A stretch of 64,000 bases of DNA, from the IMG/VR virus record IMGVR_UViG_3300033066_001466, positions 10,720-74,719 of that record; one strand, 5' to 3'. The translations under genes and the position numbers were made by a program. Shown here in pieces: positions 37,901 to 46,988 of the stretch. Numbering within the stretch: position 1 is the first letter of the stretch; every line of letters starts with the position of its first letter. The notes beneath the pieces are model-generated. The model searched no databases. It saw only the letters and a list, made by a program, of their open reading frames with translations, and was not told the DNA's origin. The DNA comes from a virus. Its lineage: Duplodnaviria; Caudoviricetes.

Positions 37901-40900
37901 TTCGTCACTATTAGCTTTAATTAAATCGCCACCATTTTTTGTATCAAGAATAGCTTGAGCCAAAGCTCCCTTCTTAGCGTTGTCCAACTCTTTTGCAATA
38001 TCAGAAATTGAACCTGAGCCAGTAGCAAAAGCTTCTAAAGATTCATTTAAATGCTTTATAGAGTCATCAAGTTTTTCTCTAATAGTTGTTTTCTTTAAGT
38101 CTTCAGCAGCTTGAGCAGCCCCTTGAAACCAACCAACAATACCTCCAATAGCGGCTCCAATTAATGTCCCATATGGCCCTAAAGGAGTGGCTGACCCCAA
38201 TGCGGCCCCAATACTAGCTCCAATACTAGCTCCCCCTAATTTACCTTGACTGTCTTTATCGTAAGATTGAGTAGCTGCATACCCAAGAGCTAAAGGTGCT
38301 GCAACGCCAGCAAAAGAAGCAGCAGCATTAAAGAATCTACCTCTATTAAGAATAGAGTTAACGGCTCCCGATTGTTGATTAGAAACAGATTGACCTTTTG
38401 GGTCTACATAATTTATTTTGTCTTCTGTTAAAGTATAGTCATTTCCACCCGCAAATGAATTAACTAATTGTTGACGACCTTCTCTTCTAGCTAAATAAGT
38501 GTCTGCTCTTTCTCTTCTTTTTTGTAAAATAAAAGCTTGTTGTTCTTCTGGAGTAGAAGATGCTAAATAATCTTTGTTTTCATTAACAATATTTCTTACA
38601 AAACGAGATTTTGAACTTGCTCCTTCTAATAAATCATTAACTCTATTGGTAAATTCTTGGTCACCAATCCTTAATCTTAATCTATCTGGATTATATTGTT
38701 GTTGAGAATACGATACAATAGAAGCAGTTGGAGGAAATAACTGTTTTTGTTGGTCTTTTAACGCCTCTAATTTTTGATTGTTTATATTTGGATTAAGTAA
38801 AAATTCATTTGCTAAGTTAGAAATCGGCAAAACTCCTGCTTTTTTAGCAGCTTCAGCCTGTCTCTTCGCTGTTTCTAATCGAACAATTTCAGCTTGAAGT
38901 TCATTTTTTTCAGACTCTGTTCTTAGTTGTTTAAGTTTTTCTATGTGGGCTTTACTAGTGGCCTGAGTAGTAGAAAATTGGCCCAAAGAAAGAGACTCAG
39001 TAGATTGTGGGCCTAAAATACGTTGTCTATATTGAGATAATTGAGGACTTTGATAATCAGGAGCAAAATCTGGTATTTTTACATATCTTCCACTAGCCCC
39101 TCTTGGTCTTTCGACGCTCTGAACATCTGAAAACAATCCAGCATCTTTACTTAATTGAGTAGCCCTACTAACTGAACTCAAAATACTTTCTTGTGGTAAA
39201 AATCCATAAGATGAATCAGAATTATAAGGAGCTTTAGCTTCTCTTCTAGCTTTAATATTTTCTTCTTTTATTAATCTTCTTAATCTAGCTTCATTATCAA
39301 TATCAGACATCAATTCAAAAGGTTTATATCCAAGAGGATTAAATCCGCTGGCAAACCCTGGCAATTTTCCACTAATAAGTCCCGGAATAATATGAGAGTA
39401 CTTCTTGACTGATTCGGCAGGGATTACAGCTTCTCCACCCTCTAAAAGAGCGGGAATTCTGTCTCCATTACTTGGGCCAGCTATAATACCTCCAGCAGCA
39501 AATCCTTTTCTAGGAGGAGGTGGCTCATTAAGATTTCCACCAAAATTAGCAAAGGTTCTCTTAGTAAAAGTAGCTAGTGCCCCAGTTAATATATTTGAAC
39601 CAGCAATTAGACCTAAAAGAGGAATTAATGGACCAATAGCATCTAATAAACGAATCGCAGCTTTAGCAGAAGTCTCAAGGAAACTTATAAATTTATTAAA
39701 GCCTTCTGATTCGACCAATACGCGACCAATAGCTAAAAATTCTTCCTTAATCCTTACTAATTGATTTAAATAACTATCTTTCTTTTGTAGAGCTTGAATA
39801 TCCAAACTATCTTCGCCAGCTAAAGCTGTATTCATAGCCTGAGCCTGCAAAGTAGTTTCCCTTAAAAGTGGAATCACTCTAGAAAGCTGACGTAAACCAC
39901 CAATTTCCTCAACAATATTGCTAAATAAAGTACTGCCTGTTCCTAAATTACTTGTGCCTTTAGCGATTCTTTGGATAGCCTCAAATGGACCAACAAATTT
40001 TCCAGCTATGTCGGCCTGACCTAATTTTTGAGCTTCTTCGGCTGTGTAACGAAGCTTAATGCCGAGGTCATCTAAAAACTTAAGAGTGTCAGGGCGTTGT
40101 AGTCTACCAAAAATAGTTCGCAAACCAGTTGAAATAGCATCTGCGGATTCGCGAGTAGTAGCCCTAACAGAAGTAAACAAAGCTGCTAATTGATTTAAAT
40201 CTGCTCCAGCCGCTTTTGCTGCTCCACCAGTTTTCTGAACTGCTGTAATTAAATCTGAAGATTCAACTGCGTATTCACCAGCAACCGCATTTAAAGCACC
40301 TAATTGTTTTTCTAAACTGCCTGCGTCTTTACCAAACTGCTGAAAGATAGCAATAACACCTTCAGTAGTTTTCGCAATACTCTCGAAGTTAGGAGCTAAA
40401 TCTGTTTTGGCGAGAGCTTGTAGGGCCTGACCTGTTTCTTTAGTGCTTAAGCCTGCCTGTCTCAACACAGTGGCACTTTTAATAAGCTCGGCAGAACTTA
40501 CACCATAAGCCTTTGCGAGGTTTCCTACGTCATCTCCAAGCTTCTTAATAACATTATCAGCATCTCCCGATACCTGCTTTAGTTTAATTAACTCATCTTG
40601 AAATTTAATACCTTCGCTAATAGCTGTCTTAATTAGGGCGATACCACCTAGTAACCCAGTAGATGCAATAAAATAGGACGAGAATCGGCGAAATACGTTA
40701 TCTGTTTGTGCCCCAAGCTTTTGAAAATCACCAACTAATCCAGTGGCCTCTCTCCTAGTTATAGCAAGAGCCTTATTTAGTTCTTGAAGGTTAGCTGGCC
40801 TACTAATATCAAAAGTTAAGGCATTATTAGAGAATGTTTTCCGTAACTCGCCCTGAACTTGAGCCAAATTAGCGGCATCAGTTTTAACAATCAAGTTGGA

Positions 40901-40918
40901 ATAAATTGGGAGACTCAT
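34931..40918 (-). CDS. tail tape measure protein
   Basis: 1995 aa, Ala/Leu/Gln-rich helical, TP901-like core, FAAGG..DRIPALLEGGEAV motif; follows the chaperones. Confidence 0.9.
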   Translation of the reverse strand: MSLPIYSNLIVKTDAANLAQVQGELRKTFSNNALTFDISRPANLQELNKALAITRREATGLVGDFQKLGAQTDNVFRRFSSYFIASTGLLGGIALIKTAISEGIKFQDELIKLKQVSGDADNVIKKLGDDVGNLAKAYGVSSAELIKSATVLRQAGLSTKETGQALQALAKTDLAPNFESIAKTTEGVIAIFQQFGKDAGSLEKQLGALNAVAGEYAVESSDLITAVQKTGGAAKAAGADLNQLAALFTSVRATTRESADAISTGLRTIFGRLQRPDTLKFLDDLGIKLRYTAEEAQKLGQADIAGKFVGPFEAIQRIAKGTSNLGTGSTLFSNIVEEIGGLRQLSRVIPLLRETTLQAQAMNTALAGEDSLDIQALQKKDSYLNQLVRIKEEFLAIGRVLVESEGFNKFISFLETSAKAAIRLLDAIGPLIPLLGLIAGSNILTGALATFTKRTFANFGGNLNEPPPPRKGFAAGGIIAGPSNGDRIPALLEGGEAVIPAESVKKYSHIIPGLISGKLPGFASGFNPLGYKPFELMSDIDNEARLRRLIKEENIKARREAKAPYNSDSSYGFLPQESILSSVSRATQLSKDAGLFSDVQSVERPRGASGRYVKIPDFAPDYQSPQLSQYRQRILGPQSTESLSLGQFSTTQATSKAHIEKLKQLRTESEKNELQAEIVRLETAKRQAEAAKKAGVLPISNLANEFLLNPNINNQKLEALKDQQKQLFPPTASIVSYSQQQYNPDRLRLRIGDQEFTNRVNDLLEGASSKSRFVRNIVNENKDYLASSTPEEQQAFILQKRRERADTYLARREGRQQLVNSFAGGNDYTLTEDKINYVDPKGQSVSNQQSGAVNSILNRGRFFNAAASFAGVAAPLALGYAATQSYDKDSQGKLGGASIGASIGAALGSATPLGPYGTLIGAAIGGIVGWFQGAAQAAEDLKKTTIREKLDDSIKHLNESLEAFATGSGSISDIAKELDNAKKGALAQAILDTKNGGDLIKANSDEFKKSVGLKLGDLSKVLQEEIKKQAKNGQPLDITSGDLGAITKNIQTLRPKANIKEEATRLYEAAKTDEISRQAQLRFTVEVNKSISSATSFSEAINKAAQEVKELDEKLKVITSGGYVGASFRPGEFGNIDKEDLSRLGGLSGGAFREVTNKIANVDQISKYLPEVLSRTIKPGNQASDNLSGDFVSTFNKIGQETGQQFDKKVINIMADKLQGLKSSELFENFKKDPEKFAKEFEQQFEPMLKAAQSIGKNLEERDRAYQDGLRHLLEISSRLNNLAEQKSALSTQFQTSQRDFNLENAGINPGRVVDPSIIFRNFNKIQDRLLGKAGIGENANAIGAVISELKDEEKVLREKAKVEADGVKGVTTFRDALFENQRKLADANRALERLTNTSDRLSILQQALANQRSERDAKLGFTGSLLTANPQEFLQKQIDARAAKIVIDNKASDVTTSFNKLGLSNGIPGLGNAIFKQGADFLKSLPEDLKIPSRFSKTIDGKRQDLSGPEIYKELIAEFSKNILKGSPLDVSGNEKNIKGIQDKIGDILKQAGAEGAVNGVNNAGGAVGIIATNLTKTAEDFKQTLVDNNKEFFNKIDKYVDALQQKATDTEKAVKNIQLAGLEEKEKGAKGLIGVDVDAAKKQISKIEASRKAQTELKQANSIADSQSQDIESYVEENKNKLSSQQLALNLKDKFGLDDKTTNSVLFALKKSVQDDPLNEFKRNEAKKKDRSVFDKLGLADYTTGIAPTIGTEEDKFLSGESAYRVDPKQISALIKRGRVSGPQADLVSANKGLDPRFKNLSKESLDLLKNGGNPELILAEVAELREKIRILEGGLPEQRRVLPKKELNIFGGLSLPAPEGNPTQPGGIQPKPGGRPVPEPQIDLLASFNRASEVFSAFNTNFAKQVEALAAIPRIIDMNINQKVEVIINGADVLNSLEPSMRTIANGAVSRAIEVIGGQLRESNITIKYDPNINPNANKVASDRQDSQGRVT

Positions 40919-40929
40919 TGCACAGCCCT

Positions 40930-40958
40930 AAAAATAAAGGCCACTCATTTGAGCGGCC
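40930..40958 (-). terminator. intrinsic terminator just upstream of the tape measure gene
   Basis: GGCCGCTC-AAAT-GAGTGGCC followed by TTTATTTTT. Confidence 0.7.
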
Positions 40959-40990
40959 CAATTGTAACCTAAATTATCCTACTGCGTAGT

Positions 40991-41878
40991 CTATTTTGTT
41001 TCTGCCAAAGCTAACAAGTCTTTTTCTTTTATTTTAGCTAGCTCTGCTTCATATTTAGCTAATTCTTCTTTATACCCTTCATCTAAGATTGGGTTTCCCT
41101 CATTATCTAAAAATGGAACTGGTTTAATTAATTCTTTTGGCTTACTAAGTAGTTCACCATCTTCTCCTAATAGTTCACCATCCGAATTGATTGGATTTCC
41201 ATCTTTGTTAATAAATCGCCCTTCTTTATCAATAAAATTAAATCTCTTAAAGAATGCGTTTTCAGGATTGGTATCAGTACTTTTTTGATAATCACCCAAA
41301 ACTTTCATTTGGTATGACAGAAAAGCTCTAGTTACCACTACATATTTTTCAGCATTTTCTTCGGTTAAAACCGTTGAAGCATCAAAATCTTCATAGCTAC
41401 TAAAAACTCTCTCTCCACTATCTTTATACACCGTTGTAGCATATAGAAGGTAGTTTAGACGTTCGTTTTCAGAATAGCCCTCTACTGTGTTTTGTTGAGC
41501 TTCAGCAAATACTGTATTTAAACTAAGGATTTTAGCCCTTAATTCGATACATCTCATAGCCGCCCTAAACATCGTACCTTCACTTTTGTCAGTTGGTCCA
41601 CCAAGCTTAAAGGATTCGCGTTTTTTAGGATTAGTGAGGATATCCTCGTTCTTAGCAAGCTCTGCTCTTAAATCTCGTAATTCAGCAGCCTTTTTTTCAT
41701 CCCAAGATGATTCTTGCAAGAGTTTTGCTGCATCATTGGCTAATGGCAATTTATCCTGAAGGGCCTTCCAATAAGCCTTTGCCCGTATTTTAGTAGCTTC
41801 TTTGATTTCGGAAGCCTTTGGCTCGCGAACTAAAACTTCTTTTTCTACGCCACCAATCATTACTTTAAAAGATTCCAT
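40991..41878 (-). CDS. putative tail assembly chaperone
   Basis: Directly upstream of the tape measure gene; helical, with a DKEGRFINKDGNP-type repeat. Confidence 0.55.
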   Translation of the reverse strand: MESFKVMIGGVEKEVLVREPKASEIKEATKIRAKAYWKALQDKLPLANDAAKLLQESSWDEKKAAELRDLRAELAKNEDILTNPKKRESFKLGGPTDKSEGTMFRAAMRCIELRAKILSLNTVFAEAQQNTVEGYSENERLNYLLYATTVYKDSGERVFSSYEDFDASTVLTEENAEKYVVVTRAFLSYQMKVLGDYQKSTDTNPENAFFKRFNFIDKEGRFINKDGNPINSDGELLGEDGELLSKPKELIKPVPFLDNEGNPILDEGYKEELAKYEAELAKIKEKDLLALAETK

Positions 41879-41906
41879 ATCGCCTATTCCTTATTAAAAT
41901 ATTAAG

Positions 41907-42254
41907 TTATCGTGGTTTTACATCAAAGACGTAATTATAATTAATTTCGCCAGTTTCAGGGTCAATACGAGTGTTACAACTCGACTGACTCTTATAAGTA
42001 TTTTTTGTTACCGTAAATTTCCTAAATTCCCTGTCAATTACTCTACTTTGTTCATTACCACAGTCTAACACCGCATTTCGTGTTGGCAACCATAACCTTA
42101 AAAAATTCTTTTCGCTGTCAGTCAAAGTATATCTATCTTTATTATGGCCCCATAAATATCCAAAGCTTTTTTCAAATTGAGCTATAGCTCCAATAAACGT
42201 AGTTCGTATAGCCCGATTAACGTTAGAGTTTAAATTATCATTGTTTTTGTTCAT
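41907..42254 (-). CDS. hypothetical protein (tail module)
   Basis: 115 aa. Confidence 0.6.
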   Translation of the reverse strand: MNKNNDNLNSNVNRAIRTTFIGAIAQFEKSFGYLWGHNKDRYTLTDSEKNFLRLWLPTRNAVLDCGNEQSRVIDREFRKFTVTKNTYKSQSSCNTRIDPETGEINYNYVFDVKPR

Positions 42255-43210
42255 TTTACCCCAAATCCTTGTCCAAGAGATTGTTCAGTATGTTCGCTAA
42301 GTTTACCTTTATCTATCAAATTTTGTTTTGCTTTAATATAAGCCTTACCACCAGCATTATTAGCATTATAGACTACGTCATTCATTTTTGCCCCGCCCAT
42401 AATATAGACTTCTTGAGAACCAGCAACAGCCGATGAATGAATCTTACCTTCGACATAATTAACTGATTCAGATTTAGCTCCTTTTCTACTTTGTAAGATA
42501 TACCAACCATCTAATGCTAAATCATCCTCTATAATCCAATCAAAAGGTTTCTCTGAATGCTCTAATACGTTTTTATAGAAGCGATACCAATACATCAAAG
42601 TTGTTTGTTCGTCGGTTAATGGGTAATTTTGGAACAAAGAAGAAGTACATGTGTTTAAATTAAAGAAAGTATTTGAGCGGGCAATTTGACGAAAAATTGT
42701 CTCACTAATAGAGTTTTTTGATAACCACATCATAATAGATTCTAATTCACTATCCGATACGCTCTTCTTTATAGACTTACGTAGTAAATATCTTGATTTA
42801 ATCATTTCCGCTACGCCTTCGGCGGTAATACTATCCATGAAGTGAAGTTTTGATAATATAGATATAAGATTATTGTCTAAGTCTTCCAGTTTTTTTCTTA
42901 CAGACGAAGTCTGCTTTTTTTCTTTAAATATCTCATATAATTCTACCTTAGCATCCTCAATATCCTTACGTCCTTTTTCTAGTAATTCCTTATAATTAAA
43001 GGGTAATTTATATCTAAATAATTTAAGTTCAAACTCTTGGCTTGTTTTTGAAATACAACCGTCCTCTAAGCATTCGGCCAATACATCCTCATATAAGCAC
43101 TCAGCTAAATATTTGTGCTCATATTTGATAGGATTTATTATGTAAGTTTGGGCCGGTTTTGCTATAATTTTGCCGGACATTATCCTATAAAAGATTTTAT
43201 TATTTATCAT
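42251..43210 (-). CDS. hypothetical protein (possible second tail chaperone)
   Basis: 319 aa, between tail tube and tape measure. Confidence 0.55.
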   Translation of the reverse strand: MINNKIFYRIMSGKIIAKPAQTYIINPIKYEHKYLAECLYEDVLAECLEDGCISKTSQEFELKLFRYKLPFNYKELLEKGRKDIEDAKVELYEIFKEKKQTSSVRKKLEDLDNNLISILSKLHFMDSITAEGVAEMIKSRYLLRKSIKKSVSDSELESIMMWLSKNSISETIFRQIARSNTFFNLNTCTSSLFQNYPLTDEQTTLMYWYRFYKNVLEHSEKPFDWIIEDDLALDGWYILQSRKGAKSESVNYVEGKIHSSAVAGSQEVYIMGGAKMNDVVYNANNAGGKAYIKAKQNLIDKGKLSEHTEQSLGQGFGVK

Positions 43211-43382
43211 CTACTTCCTGTTTATCCTTATAAGTAATTGTCCCACCCATTTTAATTTCCTGAACTCATGTCACAACATGCTCCTCTTTAAATCCTGTAA
43301 AATTTTCACCAGGAGCAATTACAATTTGCTGCATATGAAAAGTTATTCTATTGCTAGGTGTGCTAACCTTTATTTTTTCCAT
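43200..43382 (-). pseudogene. 60-codon mini-paralog of the tail-tube N-terminus with one in-frame TGA (43266-43268)
   Basis: SNRITFHMQQIVIAPGENFTGFKEEHVVT*VQEIKMGG aligns to tube SNRVIFNAEQLLIAPGLNFTAFASGHVVHGAQSVGMNG. Confidence 0.75.
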
Positions 43383-43386
43383 ATAA

Positions 43387-43980
43387 CTAGGCCCATTTAT
43401 CCCAATATAGTGGTGACTCTTGTTTAGTTTGATTTCTTTGACAATTTGAAATTTCATGACACCACTGAATAAATTCTTCGTGTGGTTTATTACCTTTTGT
43501 AAATTGCAAATCCTTATGAATCCATTGAACATTTCCTTCGATATATCCTTTTGTACTATCAATTCTATCTAAAGATGCAGTTTGATTAATTCTATTTTTC
43601 TTATAACTTCTAGTAAATTGTAATGGTCTTCCAGAATAAGCACATTTTCCATTTTGTTTCTTAAATATATTATCAACGTATTCTAGACTTACTGCGAATT
43701 CCATATTTCTTTCCTTAATGGCTTTTCCTTTTATTCCATTATAATACCTGCAAGTTACACTTCCAAATGGGCAATATTCAACCATCCTACATTTAATACA
43801 CTGATTATTATTTCTACAATTTTCTGGAGTTTTTTGATAAATATTTTTACACTTTGGACATTTTACATTAACTAAACTTTTCCAATTAATTATTTTACTA
43901 GTTTTAGTTGTGACTTTTTCTGTCCATGCTTCCACAACTTCCCAACCATTAATAATTTGTCCAATTTTAAATTTTGTCAT
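43387..43980 (-). CDS. free-standing HNH-like homing endonuclease
   Basis: CPKC, CAYSG, ASLDRIDSTKGYIEGNVQWIHK; ATG 43980 has SD AAGGA (ORF track start 44007). Confidence 0.8.
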   Translation of the reverse strand: MTKFKIGQIINGWEVVEAWTEKVTTKTSKIINWKSLVNVKCPKCKNIYQKTPENCRNNNQCIKCRMVEYCPFGSVTCRYYNGIKGKAIKERNMEFAVSLEYVDNIFKKQNGKCAYSGRPLQFTRSYKKNRINQTASLDRIDSTKGYIEGNVQWIHKDLQFTKGNKPHEEFIQWCHEISNCQRNQTKQESPLYWDKWA

Positions 43981-43999
43981 TACCATATCCTTAAAATTA

Positions 44000-44016
44000 G
44001 GGGCCAAAATAGCCCC
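44000..44016 (-). terminator. possible terminator after the tail tube gene
   Basis: GGGGC-7nt-GCCCC then TAATTTT; short stem. Confidence 0.4.
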
Positions 44017-44054
44017 ATATAATCAAAGCATAATATATATTACAACCAAGTCAA

Positions 44055-45233
44055 TTAATTGTAATATGAGCCACTTCCAATTCCGCTTGTAATAGTGTAT
44101 CCATTTTGTCCAGCCCCGAAACGAGGGTCTGCGGGGTGAAGAACGGAAAAATTATTCTTATTGGTATAGGTATAAGTTACAGTCATATTGCTACCATCCG
44201 TGCCGCCCCCACCCACGCTAAAAGAAGTCAACCGATTTTTAGTACCAGTTGAAATTCTTGTACCATCTCGAAGAGCAACTCTGATGGATTCATTTCGAGT
44301 ATTTTCACCAGTCGAATACAAACCACCTTCAAGAGCTTCAATAAAGTCACCACTAACTGCCATAATCTCAATTTCAGTATTACAGTCGATGGTAGGATTA
44401 ACTGATTTTACATAGGGGAATTTACAGCCCAACTCGAAAATATCTTGACGAGTAATACCAGCAGTGAATTTAATCGACTGCATTTTGACTGTATAGTCAC
44501 AACCACTTACTCCCGCAGTAGAAACATTTTTACCATTAGAATCAATGCCAGGAATATTTCGTGGGAAAGTACTGCCAGAAGGATAAACTGGTAATCCGTT
44601 AGCATCATTACCAATAGAAGCAGTTACATAATCGAATAAAACATCTTCACGACGATTAATGCCCGAAGCAGCAGAAGGAGCGTCAGGAGTAGTGAAATTA
44701 GTGCCCGTGAAAAACCCAGTCAACATATTAAATGCTGAAGCTTCAGAAGCACGATAGGCCGAAGAATACCACTTACGAGTATTACCTACGAAAGATAGAG
44801 ATTCTCGGCTAGGGCCTTGAGTATTAATTTGATAAGAAAGATTGGTAGGATAGAAGCCGCTCATCAAGCAAGCAAAATCAGCAGTGCCTGAAGCATAAGC
44901 TTGAGTTTCTGGATAAATTGACATACCAAGATGACATCGTGCAGTAGACCGACCTAAAAGGTCAGGAGTAGAAGCGTCTTTAGTAGCTAAGTGCCAAGCT
45001 AAAGGATATCCGTCCAATACCTTATCTACAGAGACTGTGAAATCAGAAATTTCTTCCATCTGTTCATATGGAGTTGCCTGACCTAGCTCATAAATGCTAG
45101 TGATAGGAACGTTACCATTCATACCAACAGATTGAGCACCATGAACTACGTGACCACTAGCAAAAGCAGTGAAATTTAGGCCCGGAGCAATCAAAAGTTG
45201 TTCAGCATTAAAAATTACGCGATTAGATGCCAT
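44055..45233 (-). CDS. major tail (tube) protein
   Basis: Own late-promoter motif and SD GGAG; between neck genes and chaperones/tape measure; beta-rich; IYELGQ motif. Confidence 0.65.
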   Translation of the reverse strand: MASNRVIFNAEQLLIAPGLNFTAFASGHVVHGAQSVGMNGNVPITSIYELGQATPYEQMEEISDFTVSVDKVLDGYPLAWHLATKDASTPDLLGRSTARCHLGMSIYPETQAYASGTADFACLMSGFYPTNLSYQINTQGPSRESLSFVGNTRKWYSSAYRASEASAFNMLTGFFTGTNFTTPDAPSAASGINRREDVLFDYVTASIGNDANGLPVYPSGSTFPRNIPGIDSNGKNVSTAGVSGCDYTVKMQSIKFTAGITRQDIFELGCKFPYVKSVNPTIDCNTEIEIMAVSGDFIEALEGGLYSTGENTRNESIRVALRDGTRISTGTKNRLTSFSVGGGGTDGSNMTVTYTYTNKNNFSVLHPADPRFGAGQNGYTITSGIGSGSYYN

Positions 45234-45250
45234 CTATTAACTCCAAATAT

Positions 45251-45275
45251 GAGTGTACAATAAATATATACGCCG
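45251..45275 (-). promoter_or_regulatory. putative late promoter CGGCGTATA with downstream TGTACA
   Basis: Intergenic, upstream of the tube gene. Confidence 0.7.
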
Positions 45276-45306
45276 CCGATTAATAAATTGGTCTATAAAA
45301 GGCTAA

Positions 45307-46230
45307 TTAGACAGAGCATAATACTAGTCCAGCATTTCCATGAATTAAGCCTCTATAAACTGGAGGAGCAAACGGAATCTCTTTACCCTGTAAGTTATTA
45401 AAATAAATAGGTTTTACATTCCAAGGATACAAAGGTTGTAATTGTTCAAAAGTTTTAGCTCCACTTGCAAGAAATCCATAAGAATTAAAAGGTAAAGCGT
45501 TTGCAGTAATAACTGAATTAAAATCTACACCCAAAAATGAATGGTTATTTTGTGAACAAATAAGGTCAATGATAAGTCGTCTTTGGGCCGGATTTTCAGC
45601 AAAAACATAAAAGTTAATATCTGGATTATAGTTACTGCCACCACCAAGTTCATAAGGAGTAAAATTATTAGCACTAGTAACTTGGATTATTACGGCAGGA
45701 AGTTGAATTCTATGATTAGTTAAAGTCGCTCTTATACCAGAGCCTATTCCATCAGCATTAAAAGCATCATATTTATAGGTTTCTGTTATTAAGTCCCTAT
45801 ACCAAGCAGAATCCGAAGTGTCCCAATATATAGATTTTGGCGAAAACGAAGCTTTAACAGTAGAATTTACAGATACTGGATTATCAAATATAATTTGGCC
45901 ATTTTTATAGTTTACATTAAATCCAGTCCCAGAAAAGTTTCCATTTACATATACGCCTGTAGGAGTTATTCCAGTTCCACCCCAAACCCAATTTGTTCTA
46001 TAAGATTCCCAAGCTCTTGCTGTAGTGGTAGCTGGATATTGAGGAGAGTCTACAGGTTTAAGCTGACCTAAAGGTTGCCCATTCTGGATAGTATTAAAAG
46101 ATATATTTTGATAGCCACTCAATTTCATACAACCATAATCAAAAAACATAACCAGATTTCGCTCTAAATTAGTAGAGTGAGATATTTGATTAAGGCTAGT
46201 GAAATTCTTAAGCGTAAATGCCGGATTCAT
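45307..46230 (-). CDS. neck / tail-terminator-like protein
   Basis: LPAVII...YELGGG..DINFYVFAE pattern; directly upstream of the tube gene. Confidence 0.5.
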   Translation of the reverse strand: MNPAFTLKNFTSLNQISHSTNLERNLVMFFDYGCMKLSGYQNISFNTIQNGQPLGQLKPVDSPQYPATTTARAWESYRTNWVWGGTGITPTGVYVNGNFSGTGFNVNYKNGQIIFDNPVSVNSTVKASFSPKSIYWDTSDSAWYRDLITETYKYDAFNADGIGSGIRATLTNHRIQLPAVIIQVTSANNFTPYELGGGSNYNPDINFYVFAENPAQRRLIIDLICSQNNHSFLGVDFNSVITANALPFNSYGFLASGAKTFEQLQPLYPWNVKPIYFNNLQGKEIPFAPPVYRGLIHGNAGLVLCSV

Positions 46231-46238
46231 AATTCGTC

Positions 46239-46928
46239 CTATATTTTACTTATAAAGTATTTATCTATTAAGTCCGATATTTCTTCGTTCATATCTTCTG
46301 CGGCCCTTGTAATAAAATTATTATTTTTTGTGCCAGCAAATCGGGAGTCTACTGAAAATCTTTCCCCTTTAACCATAATAGCATGTTGAGTTCTTGATGG
46401 GTTATTGCCTTTTTCGCTATAATCATCATAAAAGACTTGGTATCCAATAATTACTGGCGAAGAACCACCCACTAGTAACCATTCTAACCAAGGAACTTCA
46501 GCATAATTACCTTTAGAATTTATAGAAACATATTTTCCGGCAGGAGAATTAACTATATTATCAATATTTTCTAACAAGGTTATTTTAATTCCAATTACAA
46601 AATCGTCACCAGTCTTTCGGTCATTTATAGTAACTTTAACTCCATCTATTACTAAATCTACTATTTCTCGCAATGCTGTAACTGCATCAGCTATGCCTTC
46701 CCAATCGCCGCCCAACTCTCCAAGCCCAAAGTCCAAATGAAGAGCACCTTGAGGAGAAACTAAAGAGCGATATTCTGAGGAAGTCCTAATTTTGGCCGCA
46801 AATTTTTGTTTAACTCCGGCAACAAACCTCGCCTCATTCTTCTGAAAAATATCTCTAAGCATTTTCTTGTGTTCTATAACAAGTTGCCGATTGAAGTCAG
46901 AAAAATCAAAAGCTAATGAAAATCGCAC
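46239..46928 (-). CDS. putative neck / tail-completion protein
   Basis: Position in the head-tail block. Confidence 0.45.
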   Translation of the reverse strand: MRFSLAFDFSDFNRQLVIEHKKMLRDIFQKNEARFVAGVKQKFAAKIRTSSEYRSLVSPQGALHLDFGLGELGGDWEGIADAVTALREIVDLVIDGVKVTINDRKTGDDFVIGIKITLLENIDNIVNSPAGKYVSINSKGNYAEVPWLEWLLVGGSSPVIIGYQVFYDDYSEKGNNPSRTQHAIMVKGERFSVDSRFAGTKNNNFITRAAEDMNEEISDLIDKYFISKI

Positions 46929-46988
46929 TTAAATTATGTCACAAAAAAGAATACAGTATATGTACATTATCTTTAGAACCCGAAGGCC

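Noticed and set aside
35379-39764. Opposite-strand ORFs inside the tape measure gene, and similar ones at 17597, 26504, 50224, 57317 and 62581
   Set aside because: Shadow frames of real genes, with no RBS or recognisable motifs.
40960-41878. Programmed frameshift in the tail chaperone (G/GT type)
   Set aside because: No overlapping downstream frame before the tape measure gene; a terminator occupies the gap.
43266-43268. Genome-wide TGA recoding (Gly/Trp) suggested by the TGA opposite a Gly
   Set aside because: TGA is a real stop at ATGA overlaps (9116, 20553, 63010, 63219), and long genes are intact under code 11.
43266-43562. 98-aa ORF from the track as a real gene
   Set aside because: Its first 60 codons overlap the HNH gene in another frame and look like noise. 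Only the part from ATG 43382 has tube homology. An HNH-to-peptide frameshift cannot be excluded, but no slippery site was identified.
850-46950. TCTTTTGTG(A/T)CA-like sequence at about 852, 2503 and 46937
   Set aside because: Low complexity; near-identical strings also occur in coding DNA (about 19930, 20427); no CRP-like second half-site.
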